A program made the translations under genes and the position numbers. This document shows, in pieces, positions 1 to 15,037 of a DNA stretch of 64,000 nt; position 1 is the first letter of the stretch, and each line of letters opens with the position of its first letter. The notes under the pieces are model-generated. The model ran no database searches. It had not been told where the DNA came from and saw only the letters and a program-made list of their open reading frames with translations. The DNA is from Tubulanus polymorphus (lineage: Eukaryota > Animalia > Nemertea). The stretch is from the NCBI RefSeq assembly GCF_964204645.1, contig NC_134026.1, positions 21,734,150 to 21,798,149 of the forward strand, given 5' to 3'.

Positions 1-3000
1 AAGGCTCACATTATCTCCCAGAGAGCCCGAAGTAGAAATGTCGGAATTTTTTAGCCAATGCTCATTGACATTTTGTTGTTAGTGTGTGTGTCTGCGTAAT
101 GCATGTGACCTGGATTTAAAAATTCCTACTACAAGCGGGCACGATGACACTCGAATAATGAGAAAAAACCTCGAGCCACGGAAAAAGAAAAGAGGCACTG
201 TGAGCTTTTGTAGCGTTGTTGTTATGGTGCTAGTGATAATATGTTGTATAGGATTATAAAAACCGATTGATGAAATATGGGCCGGAGTGTTGTCTGGGAA
301 ACAAACTAATGCTTAATACGTGAGTTATGTATCGTTTTTCTAGAAGAATGTTCTCACTGGATGAAGAGTTGTTTGAGATGTGTTTGATTAAGACCTGCTA
401 AGTGTTTTATTTGTGTAATATTGTACTCGATTTGTCCTCAGTCTGTGTAAGAATATGCTTGGTTTTGCACGTTAATGTATGTATCGTATTATTATGATTA
501 TAATGATAATTATTAATATTATTAAGTATATATGTGTATTTATGCGCGAGCTCTCTCTCTTTCTCTCATATTGAAAGTACCGAATGAAAATTATGGCTTT
601 TCGATGCCCGGTCATTGATAAAAGTATATAGATATATATGCACTGTTTGATGGTAGTGTTATCCATTTCGCTTGAGAATCTCATTTCAAACTGTAATGTT
701 GCCACAGCAATATCGCTCCTGTAGTAGATGGAAGGTTTCCGTGTATAAAGTATTGATTAATGAAAAGCAATCGGAAGCCTTCCATGAAAAACAAAACAAC
801 TTCCTGAAGAATGTTTGCGCGAGCGGGATCACTTCTGAATTCTAGCCTGGCGGTGCTGGTATTAAGAAATAAAAACATAACATTAAGAACTTAGAGACAC
901 ATTAAAATGTGTGTAAATATACCTTAATATAATTATTGTTAACATTCTCATTATTGAGAATAAAATTCTATTTCATGTACAGAATAAAATCAATGCTTTT
1001 CGTTCCTTAAATTTTCGTAGGATAGCCATTTGGCCTTGACTGCGGTTGTTGTTTGGTCAGGATGACTGGTGGAAGGTATATAGATATCAAACTGTCTGTA
1101 TGCTTATCTGTTCGTTCGGTAGCAGGTGAAAGCGTATGAGCTTTTATCGTTTTGCACTTGGACTCGCCTCTAGTGGGTTCGTTCGGCCATAAGAATCGCC
1201 GATTCTTATTCCCACCTCATCCCATCCTTTGTCTCCAAATGATGAATGCAGCAGCCCTTGTTTCGTTTGTGGCGATATTGATTGTTGTTGGACCAATACG
1301 TGTGGTAATGTACCTATACTACCTTTGTTAGATTTCGTCCGGAAACTCATTATCAAAATTAAATAGCTGCTAGGGAATACGGCAAATGTTGGATTCAATA
1401 ATTTATTATTTATACGCTATGGTAGTGTATATGTATATACTGAATTAACAACCGCACCCATTGAATTAACACTTCAACATAAATAATAGCCGTTTACAAT
1501 TTTACTTTCATTGAGTTCACCGAAGCGTTTCGACTGCACTGCTGTACGCACTTTGAACGTGTCCTTTTCGAACACGTCTGTGCCGAGTTTCGGTGACGCA
1601 GTATTCCGATAGAGATAAAGAATATCTCGAAAAAAGGATTCTGAGCTGTTTTTCATTGTTTGCCCATCACTATCCAGTTCGACGACTTCCTTACGAACAA
1701 GTGCCCAATGGCGAAGCGGTGATTGAACCTGATTTCACGTTAGTCGCGTTCCCAAAGGAGATTTATGCTGCATATATCTAAATGTATATATACTACATCG
1801 GAATCTAAAAATATCTCATCAAAAATATATGTACGTGCATAGGGCTATCTCAATATGCAAATCCCGGAGATTTTTAGCGCTCCCAGGGGTGGCCTAGATA
1901 CTACGCCAAACTGTCTGTACTGAATACTGAAATTCATTTGTTACAAACAACACCAAATATGGCATCAGATTACTACGATGGGGGTCAGGCGTGGGCTCAG
2001 ACCGCAAGAATATACTTCTCATGACTAGTATTGGGCCCAATCATGTTATCACGTGTCACTCGAAGGGTTAAAAATAATTTTTGAAATTGAGGTTAAAATG
2101 ACGTTCGCTCTTATTCCGCTTATCTATCTTATTCAACGCTATTATGGTTGTCCTCAATTAGCCGTTATTTTGCCGAATGTTTTTTGTTCTATAAATGTAT
2201 TCGCATTAACTTTTCGATTGTGTTTGCTTTCACTCTCTGCGGCGAAGAAACTCCCTCGACAATAATAATTTGTCGGTCAAGGCTGCCATCTTGAATTATG
2301 AGCGGAGAAACAAGGACGCGCTGATCAACTCGGACGGACGACTCTCACCCGTAAGCCTGTACAATGTCGCTATATAATTTATTGCGCGCGGATTTTATCA
2401 CCATGAAATGATAGCACCAAACTAAAAGATACGTCGATCCGTATCCATGGTTACTATGGTTACATTTCGTACAGGAACATGAATCAGGCTTGTGTAGTGT
2501 ATGAATATTATAGTGGATTGTCAATAATACCAACTCATTTAATTGCCTGGATTGCGAGACAGCTCGTTAAACCAAGCTTAAATACCATTTACATGAACGT
2601 GTAGATCGGTACGAAACTGAACAAAATTCTTCCGTATACATATTTCATCTCCTGATTACGTCAACCTACATTATAGTCTTATAAGGGGCGCTTGTTTATT
2701 TTGGAAATCATTTTTCGATATATGGCCTTTATCGTTCTATATATCCGTTTTGGGCCTCTATGATGGGGAGAGGAACCCGAGTACCCGATACTGCTTTATC
2801 TCTCGACATTCTCAAATTGACCTTGTATACTAGTCGTGTGCGGTCAATATAAACATAACCACATGTCGAAGTATTTGGATCTGGAGAATGCTATGAATAT
2901 TGTCCCTTCTGTTGTATTATTGATCTCGCAAATGTACACTTGAGATGGAAATATTTACCATTAGCGCATCCACTACAAGGCCTTCTTAGGTTTGCCGCCA

Positions 3001-6000
3001 TCATGGGTGTCATCATGGACGTAGTTTATGCGCCGCAGTTGTCGCGTACATCGGGGTTTTTTCATGCAAATTAATGGCCGCTATTTACTTATTGATGAAT
3101 AACATTGCGCCATTGTGCACATTCATTATTTACGCTATGATATTCAAACGGTGGATGTGACTGACTCATATAGCATTACATTTACTATCGATTAATTACT
3201 AGTTAATTGTATGTAAGCTGGAAAAACGAGTGGATCGATAGGAATAAGTGTAAGCCGTAATGTCATTTCACTTCCCTGGTGAAAGATAGTCAACCATTCT
3301 CTTTTCGTTTTGTGCAAAACGCGCAAATACTACAGCTTAGATATACTGTCAAAATGAAGAATCATATGTGCTCATCAAAGTTTCATATTTTACCCGCCAA
3401 AATTTCCTCTGACCATCAAAACTAAAACATTGAACTTGACCGACAAAAATTCGTAACATATAATGTTCTCCGCATGATCAAATCTTGACGCGTGAAATCC
3501 GATGTTGATATATATACGTGGTCTAAATCACAATGGTAAATACTTTCATAATCAAAATTTCATATTTTCTAAGCTGTGAAAGGTTGCCGGGTAAGATGCG
3601 ACGTTTTGACGGGTAAAATCGTTAGACTAGCAGATATGGTTCTAATTTTTGGACGGAATACCATCGATATCATGTAGATTCAACGTAGATGTAGATTCGA
3701 TTATATCATGTAACGACCTGATGTTTTGTCGGGTGAATTATGAAATTTTGACTTCATTTTGACTGTAATTATATATTTATATATGTATATTTCTAATCCA
3801 TCTAAAATCAAAATCAAAGAAAAAGCCCGAACAAAAAAAACTGCCGTATTTTCCCTACGAAGACACGATAAATAAATCCCAAAGCTGCATTAATTACTCG
3901 TAGATATTGACGAACAAATCAATTTATAGCATCTGACTCAGCGTAGGGCGGAAATCAAAGCATGTATAAAATCACGGATCGTAGATGCGTGTATAGATTC
4001 CACGCAAGACTTAAACTGATCAAAGTGCTTTTGTAGGTGTTCGACAACGGGTATTTCAATATTGCAATACTCCGGCCTTCCTATTCAATATGATCATGAT
4101 GTCGTGCCTGGAGCTCCTAGTTCTGTTCTCCCGTACCCAATACTTAAGTACATTCTATACACTACACTTGTTTCGGTACAAGGAAAAATATCTGCATGTA
4201 AATATTTCACTTGTTCCACAAAAGAAGATACACAAGGAAGTGTATCTAATAGTGTATGGCAGAGAACTAGTGATCGCACCTGGTGTGACTTGATTTCGAG
4301 TTATTTGTAAACTTTAAACCCTCGCAAGAAGATTTACGGCAAAGGCATGTTTGTGCTCTCCGGATCAAACTGTACACGTCATATATACTCAAAATGTACT
4401 CTAAAAAGGTCAGGCGCAGGAATCCAAAACACCCACGAAAAATTATGTCACAATAGCAAATCCTTGACTCACTGTGTAATGCGAAATGGCCGGATTTTCT
4501 TACATCATTGATTGGACCGCGGATAAATTGTGCGTCCATCGAGTAGTTTGAGCATGGACGTATAAACTAGATTAGTTTAATACGTTCATGGTTTTGAATC
4601 AGATGGTTTGATCTACAATACATGTATAAACAAGAATTCATTCCACAACAACCCGGCTACGATATGGCAAATAATCATAAATGAACATTAGAACAAGGGA
4701 CTATTGATGAGGAAACTGAACCTGCACTATTCTCGATTTTATGTAGGCTCACCTGTGAGACTTTTTCGTTGGCTCATCTTTGGATCAGTCACGAATGTAT
4801 TTTCGACGTGAATGGTCGATATTTTATGACGTGGTCTATAGTCGATTGGCCCTATAGGCCCAGCATCTTTCCAACCAATTGAATCGGATGTGTTGCATGA
4901 TAACAACGTGTATTCATTTTAGTTTGGCGAATATTCCCAATACAAATTAAGTCAGTCTTCGAAATCAACCTACGTGTGTCTTTAAAGTTTTTTTTTTCTT
5001 TTATGGAATCAATATTTATGTATTTTCCAGTTAAACCAAGAGCTCGTTATCACTATGTATATTGAGGGGTTTTGTGCGGTGTTCGTGCCCTACATTTGAA
5101 AGATGTTTTGTTTCTATTATTTTCGAGGCGCACATTTTTATTACAGAATAGAGTTTTACCCGATTTCCAGCATCATTACATGCAGAACTTCTCAGCAGGG
5201 TTGTTCGTACAAGATGCATGGAACGCTTAGCAAGGTCATTGGTGTTTACATGAGATTCACGTCATTGCTTATTATCGATCAGTTGCCGTATTACACAGTG
5301 CTATAGCACTGGTACAACATCGTAGAGATAAATACATCGAACTACAAATAGATATAGCGACGATATTTGGTTCGTGGCATGATATGAACCACCTGGCTGC
5401 ACACACATTGGGTCATGCGAGGGAGAATTACCCAAACAGAATTTTGTTTTCCAAGAACCAGGCGGTGCTGTTTACAAGAAGCAATTATATCGCAAAATGT
5501 GTGGTACCTGGGATCATTTGTTGGTAGGGGTATATCAACTGATAGCATGCGGCTTAAAATAGCTACATATTAAAACAGCACATGGAACGTACACGTACAG
5601 GAAGTAGAACAAGGCTATTGAACTTATTACTGCACGTAGTCAACAGCAATATATCAACCATAAGTTACAACGAGCACAGCCGGTTTTTTAAAAGCGTCTA
5701 TTTCAATGAGTGACAATGTAGTTTTTGAGAATTTCATTACTTTTTCCATACGAATAGCATTTCATCTCATAATTTCAATGCGCATGTGGATAAAAGTGCC
5801 ATTGTATAATGCGCTAACAGCAAATCGCTTAAATGCAGTAGAGCTCGTCATGTTTGTTTTGATATGTTTTATGATTGTTTTTTGCACGCCAGATTGTCCA
5901 TAGCGCGGCATGTACGCGCGGTACAGGTATAATAGAGTCGTTCTCTGTTTGATATTTTTTTTTAAATGTGTATATTAACATCAATTGCGCACAAAAGAAT

Positions 6001-9000
6001 GCAATTTATCGTTCTACATCTGCGAGCTCCGTGCATGCATTATAGATGAGATTGAAACTGCTCCCTGGCTTTCGTAGCAGCTTTCGCGGATAGGTGTATT
6101 TGTAACGGACAAACCGCCAGCTTAAAACCATTAGCGTCTATAAATTAATAAATTACGAACATAATCGATTTTTGCATAGGTAAATGCCAAATGTCCGATC
6201 GAGTAACGGCTCGTGCGCAGAATCTATAAATTATTTCGTTATTTTCAAATTCCATTCAGTTTACACGGCGGCGGCGCCTGCGCATAAATATTCGCTCTGG
6301 TTCTTGCCACAGTTGTTGTTTCAGTTATCGATCAAGCGAACGATTTTTTGAACTGAAACGTTGTACAGCTCGCTCTAAGGTAACATTCACAAATGGCGCA
6401 CCATGAATTGAAAAGCAAAAAGGCGCAAGTGTTGATTTCCGTCGATATAATGTTTAACATATCTAGTTGCGATGGCACATGTGTCAGTAATGCGTAGATA
6501 GAAGGAAGATTTCTATAGAACCGAAGAATCATGGCCACGTTTTCGAAAAGCTGGTGACGACGTTGATTTTTCAAACGACAATCGTGATGAAGGTTTGGTG
6601 ACACGTGATCGAGATATCCCTCGCACAGGTTTTAAATCGACAACGTATTTTCATTTATGATTATGTAATAAATTCTTTGGTGGCATATCCGACCTGAGAA
6701 TGAAGCGGGGGTGATTCCAAAAGAGCGTAAAGATGCTACGTAGCGTAATTTCGCTATTTCAAAAATAGACTGCAGGTTTTCAAAGCATTTTGTTGATTTG
6801 AAATTTCATGCCCTAGGAGTTAAGCTGCGATCACACGGAGACGATTTGGCCCGGCTCAGGCCCGAGACAAATTTGGCCCGTGCCTAGTTTGAGAGCGCAT
6901 TCACAAGCAAACCACTCACTGGATACTAAACAATGTAAAGCGAAGTGAGTCACTTCCGGAATCTATATAGGGGGATCTGTAACCGCCCTGCCTAACACAG
7001 TAGGAAGTGTGAAACTAGAAATATCCCAAAAAACTTGGAGTCCATGCTCCGAGTAATTTTAATCGGATATCAATAACATTTCAATACTGCAAATAACCAC
7101 GGACTTCGTTCGAAATGGTAAATATATGACCGGAAACATGCGAATCAACATCAAACATGCGAATTAATGCGCATGTAAGCTAGATAAATCATAGTATTGA
7201 CATAACAAGGTACATTGATAATTAAGCTCTAATAATATAAGTATCGCTGTTAGTGCTGAATTTAAGTTCTTTTAACTTAATAACGCTGCAGAGGATCACT
7301 TCTTAATGTTTTCGTACCAATACACGATTCCTTCTAATCAATCAAAAGAACTAGTCAAGCCAACATCAAACTGCAATATTGGGCGAAAGGGCCAGGGCTG
7401 GTCCAAGTCTTTGGACAGCAATTCCTGATCAAGTTAAATCTATAGTCTTACTATTGAATCTTTTAAATAAAATCTTAAAACATCTCTTTAAACGGACCTA
7501 TTTCCCCATGATCTTATTATTGATTGTGCCTTTTTAACAGTTCCAATATTTGTTATTGCCAAAGCCAATAGACAATCATTGTAAGCTACTGATTCGATGG
7601 TTCATGAAATAAAAATGCTGTTTAAAACGCAGAGAGTTTGTATATGACTGTATGTCAGGCCAAAAAGTAATTCCTCATCAATCGTTTGACTAGGCTTTCG
7701 TTTACAAACTTCCTCGTAGTACATGTGGGTAAACTTTTCAAAATATTTGTCGATACTATATGTAGTTCGTAAAAGCCCATTCTTTGTATTTTCCAAAACA
7801 ATTATCATGACGGTGCTCACGAGACGAGACACGCTCATGTGATTAACAATGACATAACGATTCCATTAAAAACACATCTTTTAGCTTTTGACCCAGAGAG
7901 CCGAATTTATTTGAAACGAGCTTTGAGGAGAACAGAAACGAGAATCAGACTTAGTTCTGAAGTTTATTTCAAAGGCCGTGTGGAAATTGGATGGCTTTAG
8001 TATATATATACAATTTTCACCATTCCATTTTATAAAAGCCATAACTAAATAGGCAGATACACGTAGACATTGTTAATTTACAGAATGACAGAAATTCAAA
8101 AGGGCACTATTTTCAGTCACCACTTCCGGAATACATGGAAAACGGCCTGGCTCAGCGGCCGTCGATGGCGGTGGTGCATCCAGCTTACCTTCCATGCCTT
8201 CCGGACGCAATATAGATTTCCAAAATGCCCTTTCAAAATCAAAGTAGTAGATTTTTATGATTTTTATTCTCTCTTTTAAGAAGATTGGTGAAGGCAGGTA
8301 AAAAGGTGTACCATATCCAATTAAAAAGGCACATAGTAAAAAGAACAAGGAAAATGGGATTTTTTTCTGGGCCGATACTGACAAAATCTTTAAAAAAGGC
8401 AAATTCCACTTTGAATTTTAGTGTTTTAAGCTACTTGGGACCACTTAAATTGCATCCGCGGACCCCCAAACCCCCGATACTGGCTTCGCGTCATCTACAC
8501 CGCTCGCATGGCATGGATTGTCACGTTGCGTTACATCCTTGCTGTTTTTTTTTATAGAAAGTGCCCTTTTAAATTTTGTGGAAGGTAGTTGATATAGCCC
8601 CTAGATCCGCCCCTGGTAAAGGTTCACAGTGAATGCCTCAGAATACGGCGATTCGAGATCAAACGGTGCGTCCTCTTTACAAAAAAAAAGAAATATTCGC
8701 TTAACACCGGCGAAGCGCGCCGAGCATACTCAAGATTTTCATCAAAGCTTAACTTTCTTATGCGGCTGTTCTTCGCCTTTATGGACATTACGATGCTCTT
8801 TTGGGGTGTGACAATTTCTTTAGAATTGGTCCCTCGGTGCATGAGTACACGGTAAGCCTATTGCCTTTTGGACATCAAACCGCATTTGGGATATTGACAA
8901 AATTCAAAAATTGCCTCTGGATCCTCCCCTGTCTGATTTGAATAGTCCCAGCAAATACCTACCGATTCAGTGGTAGCTCGAAAAGCTTTATCATACATAT

Positions 9001-12000
9001 ATGTCAAAAACAAACACACAAATACGTCTGCGGTCACTTCACGTCAATGTACTTTACGCGGATTTTCTGTGGTATAACCAGTGGTTACGTGGCAAATGCC
9101 GGTAGAGCGATATGGGTTCTAGGAAAAGATACCACATGCTCACGTTTAGCGAAAGACTGCGTGATTAATGTCATAAGAGAAATTACGAAATAACACTATC
9201 AGTTTTCGCAGCGGTATTAGGGTATCATACCGGTATATAGGCTTATTTTTACCAGTCCAGCTGGCTCACAATTGACACAGGTGTACCCGAGTATAAATTT
9301 CAAATTTTGGTATATTCATAATATATAATTGTGATGCATGAACATTAATTTCAGCAAACAGTCAGTTGTGTAAATCTGGGGATCTTGGAGTATGCCTTGT
9401 GTCTTGATGGAAATATACGGGACCAACACAGGCTGTGCTGAAAAGACATGTTCAACGTTGACCAAAAACTGTACTTCACCAAATAGCACGTAAACTAATC
9501 TCTCGTATAGGTAGTCTTGTCAGGATCAACAAGTGCAGCAGCCATGGCTCGGGGTTTTGTCCCCACGTTCGAATCGCGCCATACCTACCTAGCATTTGAA
9601 TGTTCTTCTTTTTTTTTAGGGGCACCCGACAAGGGCAGTTAAGATTTTTTTATAGCAATGATAAAATACATGGGAACACATGTGTATGAATGACTATTTG
9701 GGTCCATCAATATTTCCTGTTTAGAGAATTGAACAGTCATTAAAAACTCAACGAAAAAATTATTGTAAGAAATGGTTTATTCAATTTCAATATCTAGGCG
9801 ATTAAACCGTTATACATGTCATCGGACATCGATACATTACAAGTCATTCAAACTTCCACACACAGATAGCGCCACTGTACAGCATATTGCCTCATGTGCT
9901 CGCCAAAAATAACGAGTCACTGGTAATATTTCTTAATTTTCAGTAGTATTACAAAACCTTTCCACTTAGACGTCGTGTGCATACGAACAGAAAAACACGT
10001 TGAGATGTGAAATTGAAAAAACCCAAGTATAAATGACACATACACATTTTTTGTATCGTTATCAAAAACTGTTCGACTTACAGTGCGTTGTGAACAATCG
10101 TCTGCGACGGGTCGCGCCACTTATCAGACGCGCACACACGTATAAATCGTCGATATTCGCTCAATATCAACACTGACCTTAAATCATATCTACGAAAAAC
10201 AACGATTAAACTGTCGTTCGAAACGACAGATTGATCGATGAGATAAGTCTACGACGTCTCCGTACTAGGGACCGGACGCATTTCGAAATTATTGACGAAA
10301 AGAAAAAAAAAACGTATAGGCAATTTTAATAATGAGAATGACGTGAAAAAGAAACCCAGTCAAGCTTTTCTGGCGAATAATTGGGTCGCGAATAGTTAAA
10401 TGCGGACAGCTAAACAAAACTTAACGAGAATATATCTATTCTAAGTACATGTACGTTGTAAACTATGTCCTACTTTTTTCAAAAATAGAAACACGCTAGA
10501 ATTTGGGCATTGGAACTACAAGTGAAGGCAAATAACCCTATAAAAATAGAGATCATCTTGCAAAATTCTAACGCACCTCCCCGATTCAAGAAAGAAGCCT
10601 TTTTTACAGCACTGACTATTACTGTAAAACAGGGACCGCCCATTCTAGACATACAGACCCATATTCCATATGATTCTTTTATCTCGTAAAGTAATCTTTT
10701 TTTGAAAATTATCAGTTATGAAAATGCTTCGACACTTGACTAAAACAAACACGATGTTTGAATTTCGTATCGTGAATCAATAATATAAACCGAATTCTTA
10801 ATACTATGTACATATATACTCCCGGGTACAAAGAACGCGAATTACAAATAATACATGCAGTTCACTGCTGACACTAATATATCACAAATCATCTCTTAGT
10901 CTTGAAACATGAACAAAGGACAGGCGAACTTATTTTTAATGCCGTTTGAATTGAAGCAGCGACACCATGTCTATTAACGCATTGCATTTAAGAAACATAA
11001 GCCGTATTCAAACAATGGTAGCATTTTTGTCACACATTCGAGCTAACAACGACTACAGCCTGGGCCAACATGAAACCTAGCCGAAAACATATCAATACAT
11101 AGTAATTGTTTATTGCCAGCTTATGTTTTTTTACCAACATTGTTATCAAGCGAGTTTTAGCTAGATTAGATGTTATATGAATATGAAACAAAAGAAGACT
11201 TCGTGAAATCATGACTGGGTAATGAACTGACATGGATGACAAATACTATCAACAATGCTAATAGTATGAGGTGTCAATACAAGGTTCACAACCTCACTGG
11301 CCAACTGGTAATCCGTCTGCCCTAAAATCAGATTGAACTGAGTTTAAATTTTTCGGTACAATCAGAGTTTATCGACCGCGCAAATTTCACAAGCTGTCGA
11401 ACGACCAACGTTTAGCTACAGAATTAAAATTTGACACACGATTAAAAATTCCAAACCAGTCTACTGGCTCCAGGTTTTTTCAATAGTCTTACATCAACTT
11501 CTGGATACATTACATAACATGCAGTTCCAGAGATATTTTAGGTAACAGCTTTTGAAGTGGCTTTGATTCAACACGAGGGAACCACATTTATCACTACTTT
11601 CGGTAATGTGGCGGACGTATGGAGCCAGTTTCACAAACGAATAACGATTATTCAGATTATTCACTAATATGTACAAACTTTTTCACTTCCAATGACTAAA
11701 CTAATCAAAATTTTCCTGTTGGCGAAGATAAATCGTGTTAACTTCCAACCTAGTTTATAAAAACGGGCCAATTTCGTCCATTTAATGGGATAACACTTGA
11801 ATAGTATCGAGCTATTTTGGTACATAATACGCAGGAAAAGACCAGCTCTTCCTTAAAAAAAAAACCATCGCAAAATAGTAACGCTATGGAAAACATTGTT
11901 GATCGTGCTCAGATAATCAAATACTAGCAGCATTTCCGAAAATATTCAAACTGTTACTGGGATCTGATGAATGGTTAAGTCATAATATTGACATCTGAAT

Positions 12001-14470
12001 GAACACAGCATCCATTGTATAATGGCTTTAATTGCTCTCGATATATCGATATTTACTCAGCCTCGACTTTTTAATATATCAAAGACACGCTGCGTGTTGA
12101 CATAATATACGAAGCATGATTTTCCCCGTAGCGACGCATTTCATTTCTATGGAAATATCCGCGATCGATATTCCCGGGTACAGTTGAAATTTCACGTCGT
12201 AAAATAGAATCCGCCCCGCAGTCGTACGCGCTATGTAAGTCTAGCTTCGGTGGAAACCTAATCGTCGGGCGTCAAGCTTTTTGATATCGGATAGCGCGTA
12301 GCGCTTGTGGAAATATCCGATCGTTGAAAAAATGAAACAGGTTCGCTTACGAAATAGAGCATACATATGGCATAACACAGCCCTCGATTTAAACAGGTCA
12401 CAATAGTCTAACACGGTTGATGTATAAACATATTCCTGAATGTACTTCGGAAAGGCAACAATGAACCGCAAAATGACACAACGCAAAAAATAGAGCGCAT
12501 GAAAAAAAAATCGAATTAAAAAACTGAAGCACGAACACTTCTAGTTTTGTTTATTCGAAGTTGTACAGTACATCCGCAACCCGATTCGCGTCTTATTGAA
12601 GTTGAAGTGAATTTGTGTGCATTTTGATTAATCTCGATTATTCATTCGGAAAGCTTCAGCTGAATATATGCGAACCCAGACGGATGATTAAATAGTCAAC
12701 AGAAGAGTGCCTATAACCATATTCGAAATGCATGAAGTGTTGAGAATAGAGTTATTTCTACATATACCTCCATCTGTTGTCATGAAAGAATTACACCACG
12801 AACTAACTGCTAGTATATTGAAATTCAATATCGCGTTACCGATCTCAATCATTAGAATCTAGTCGCTGATCCCGAGAGAACACCAATCCATGTTGGATGA
12901 GCGCGATGACCATTATTGATTATTGCTTGATCCGACCGGTCATCGACTGATTCATTTTCAAGCCAGTCGATGACCGGGTCGATCCAATTAACGATTTATT
13001 TTTAATGCCGCACCAAAGTTCAATCAGAGAATCACATAATTATCGGTAAGTAAAATACTTGACGTACAGTCTAGAGAGTAATAACTAAGGCAAGTTTAGA
13101 TTGGTCTCAACCGATTCTGGAATTCTCTTCTGGCGCGTTCGTTTCGACCAGAATACACTCCACATATTCCGAAAAGCTTACTAACTTAGTTGGTTGCTAA
13201 CTGTGTAATTAAACTATAGGTAGTAAGGAACTTAGCGAGAAACTAGGCCTAGTAAGGTTTTATGAATACGGCTACAACAGGTAGATAGGTGGAGCATTTG
13301 TAATTCGGAATCGCTTGTCTTTGGCCCGAAACTTACCAAATACAGGGTATCAATTTGCTTCCCGGATCCACCTCTTCAGACAATCACTTGGCAATCATTT
13401 ACTGAGATATGGTGGAGGAAAAAGAGTAACATCTGGTGTATTTAATCTGTCCATTAGTTAGTTCATTTAGAATTGACAAGGTTTCAATGACCAAAAATCG
13501 AAAGGTGATTGTCGAGTGTCTGAGGAGGATCTGGGCTACAGATTGATACAACGTGCATTAAACAAACATGATTGTCTTTGTAACAATATATCAAATCAAG
13601 AAAAACATTTAATATGATATGTTACGATATGTTAAAGCATTCATTAGAGCTGGAATACACAAGCTAATTCACAATCTTGGGTTTCACTAATTTTTCATGG
13701 ACTAACATCATCGAGTTGAGTGTCCAACGTGACACAAAACTGTGGAACCAACAAATATATTCACCGATAATCTGAACCTGTACTGATGCACGGGGCTGCT
13801 AACCACCGGAAGATGCTATCAGTAATGAGTTGACATGATTTTCAAACGTTTTAACCAGCAGTCAATGGGTAAGACCATCAGTAACACATCATTTCAGAAT
13901 TCTGGACACAGCGAACAAATAGAACTCAGGCATGCCGACTCGGGAAAGCACTTGACAATCTATATCAATTACAATATTCAATGCCCCTTGGCGAACTAAT
14001 ACAAACTGTCCAGAATTATAGAAAATGTCATCAGCTACAAATTGATTGTGGTCGAAGTACTGATTTTGGTAAACAACAATGGCCACCTATCAGTGATCTT
14101 GATGTTGAACGGGGCTGGTTTTCAGCTGCACATGTAGCGTCTTACAGAAGATACATTACATATGAAAAAATCGAAAACCAGAAAATTCATCAAAAATTCC
14201 CAAAATAACTGGATTCCGTCTCCAAATGAACGTAGGGACCAACAAAAAATGAACGCGATAGCTTGGCTGCTTAAATACTGACATAGAGAAATTCGAAAGC
14301 AGTTCCGCTTCATAACATAAAAAACTTACTTCTTGATATGCAAAATATATTGCCAGTATGATAAATGTACATCGTCCATCAATGCACACAATTGTCTTTT
14401 AAACAAAGCAGTATTAATCATTATTAAAGCTAATCTAATAAAGTAAAGCAGAGACACCTCCTCCATTGAC

Positions 14471-14582
<112 letters not shown>

Positions 14583-15037
14583 CGGTATCCTATCCCTTTA
14601 TGCATGTGCGTAATTCCTTAAGTCACATTAGGAAAATCTTCCTAACATCTCGTTCAGTTGTCTGATGACCAGTTGTTTGTTCATTTCATGGGATGGTGAA
14701 TTCGAAACACCGGTATGCGAGTTCACTGTACCACTGTTTTTCGGAACCGTCATCCTCCTGTGTTGCTAGGATGTGTCGCATTATCAGGGAGAAATTCACC
14801 CACCCTGACTATAACATATGTGTCGTTCTCTTTAAATGTATGTATGCAGTTCAATTTAGGAAGTTGCAGTCTACGAAAAAGAGAGGAAAAGAAAAATGAT
14901 GCATGGAAATTAGCAAAATTAGGAGAGGGACAGTAGCTGATTAATTCTTTTTTAACTATCCACATACGGCTTTTTAAGAACCATCCTTCCATCAGCCGTG
15001 CATAAGATATTCAGTTTTTTAGAATTGCAAGACTTTG

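Noticed and set aside
1-14400. Many 60-110 aa ORFs and a few exon-like segments (for example 1505-1728 minus, 2240-2350 plus, 5031-5065 plus)
   Set aside because: No recognisable domain and no consistent exon chain could be built. A gene may be present but cannot be supported from sequence alone.
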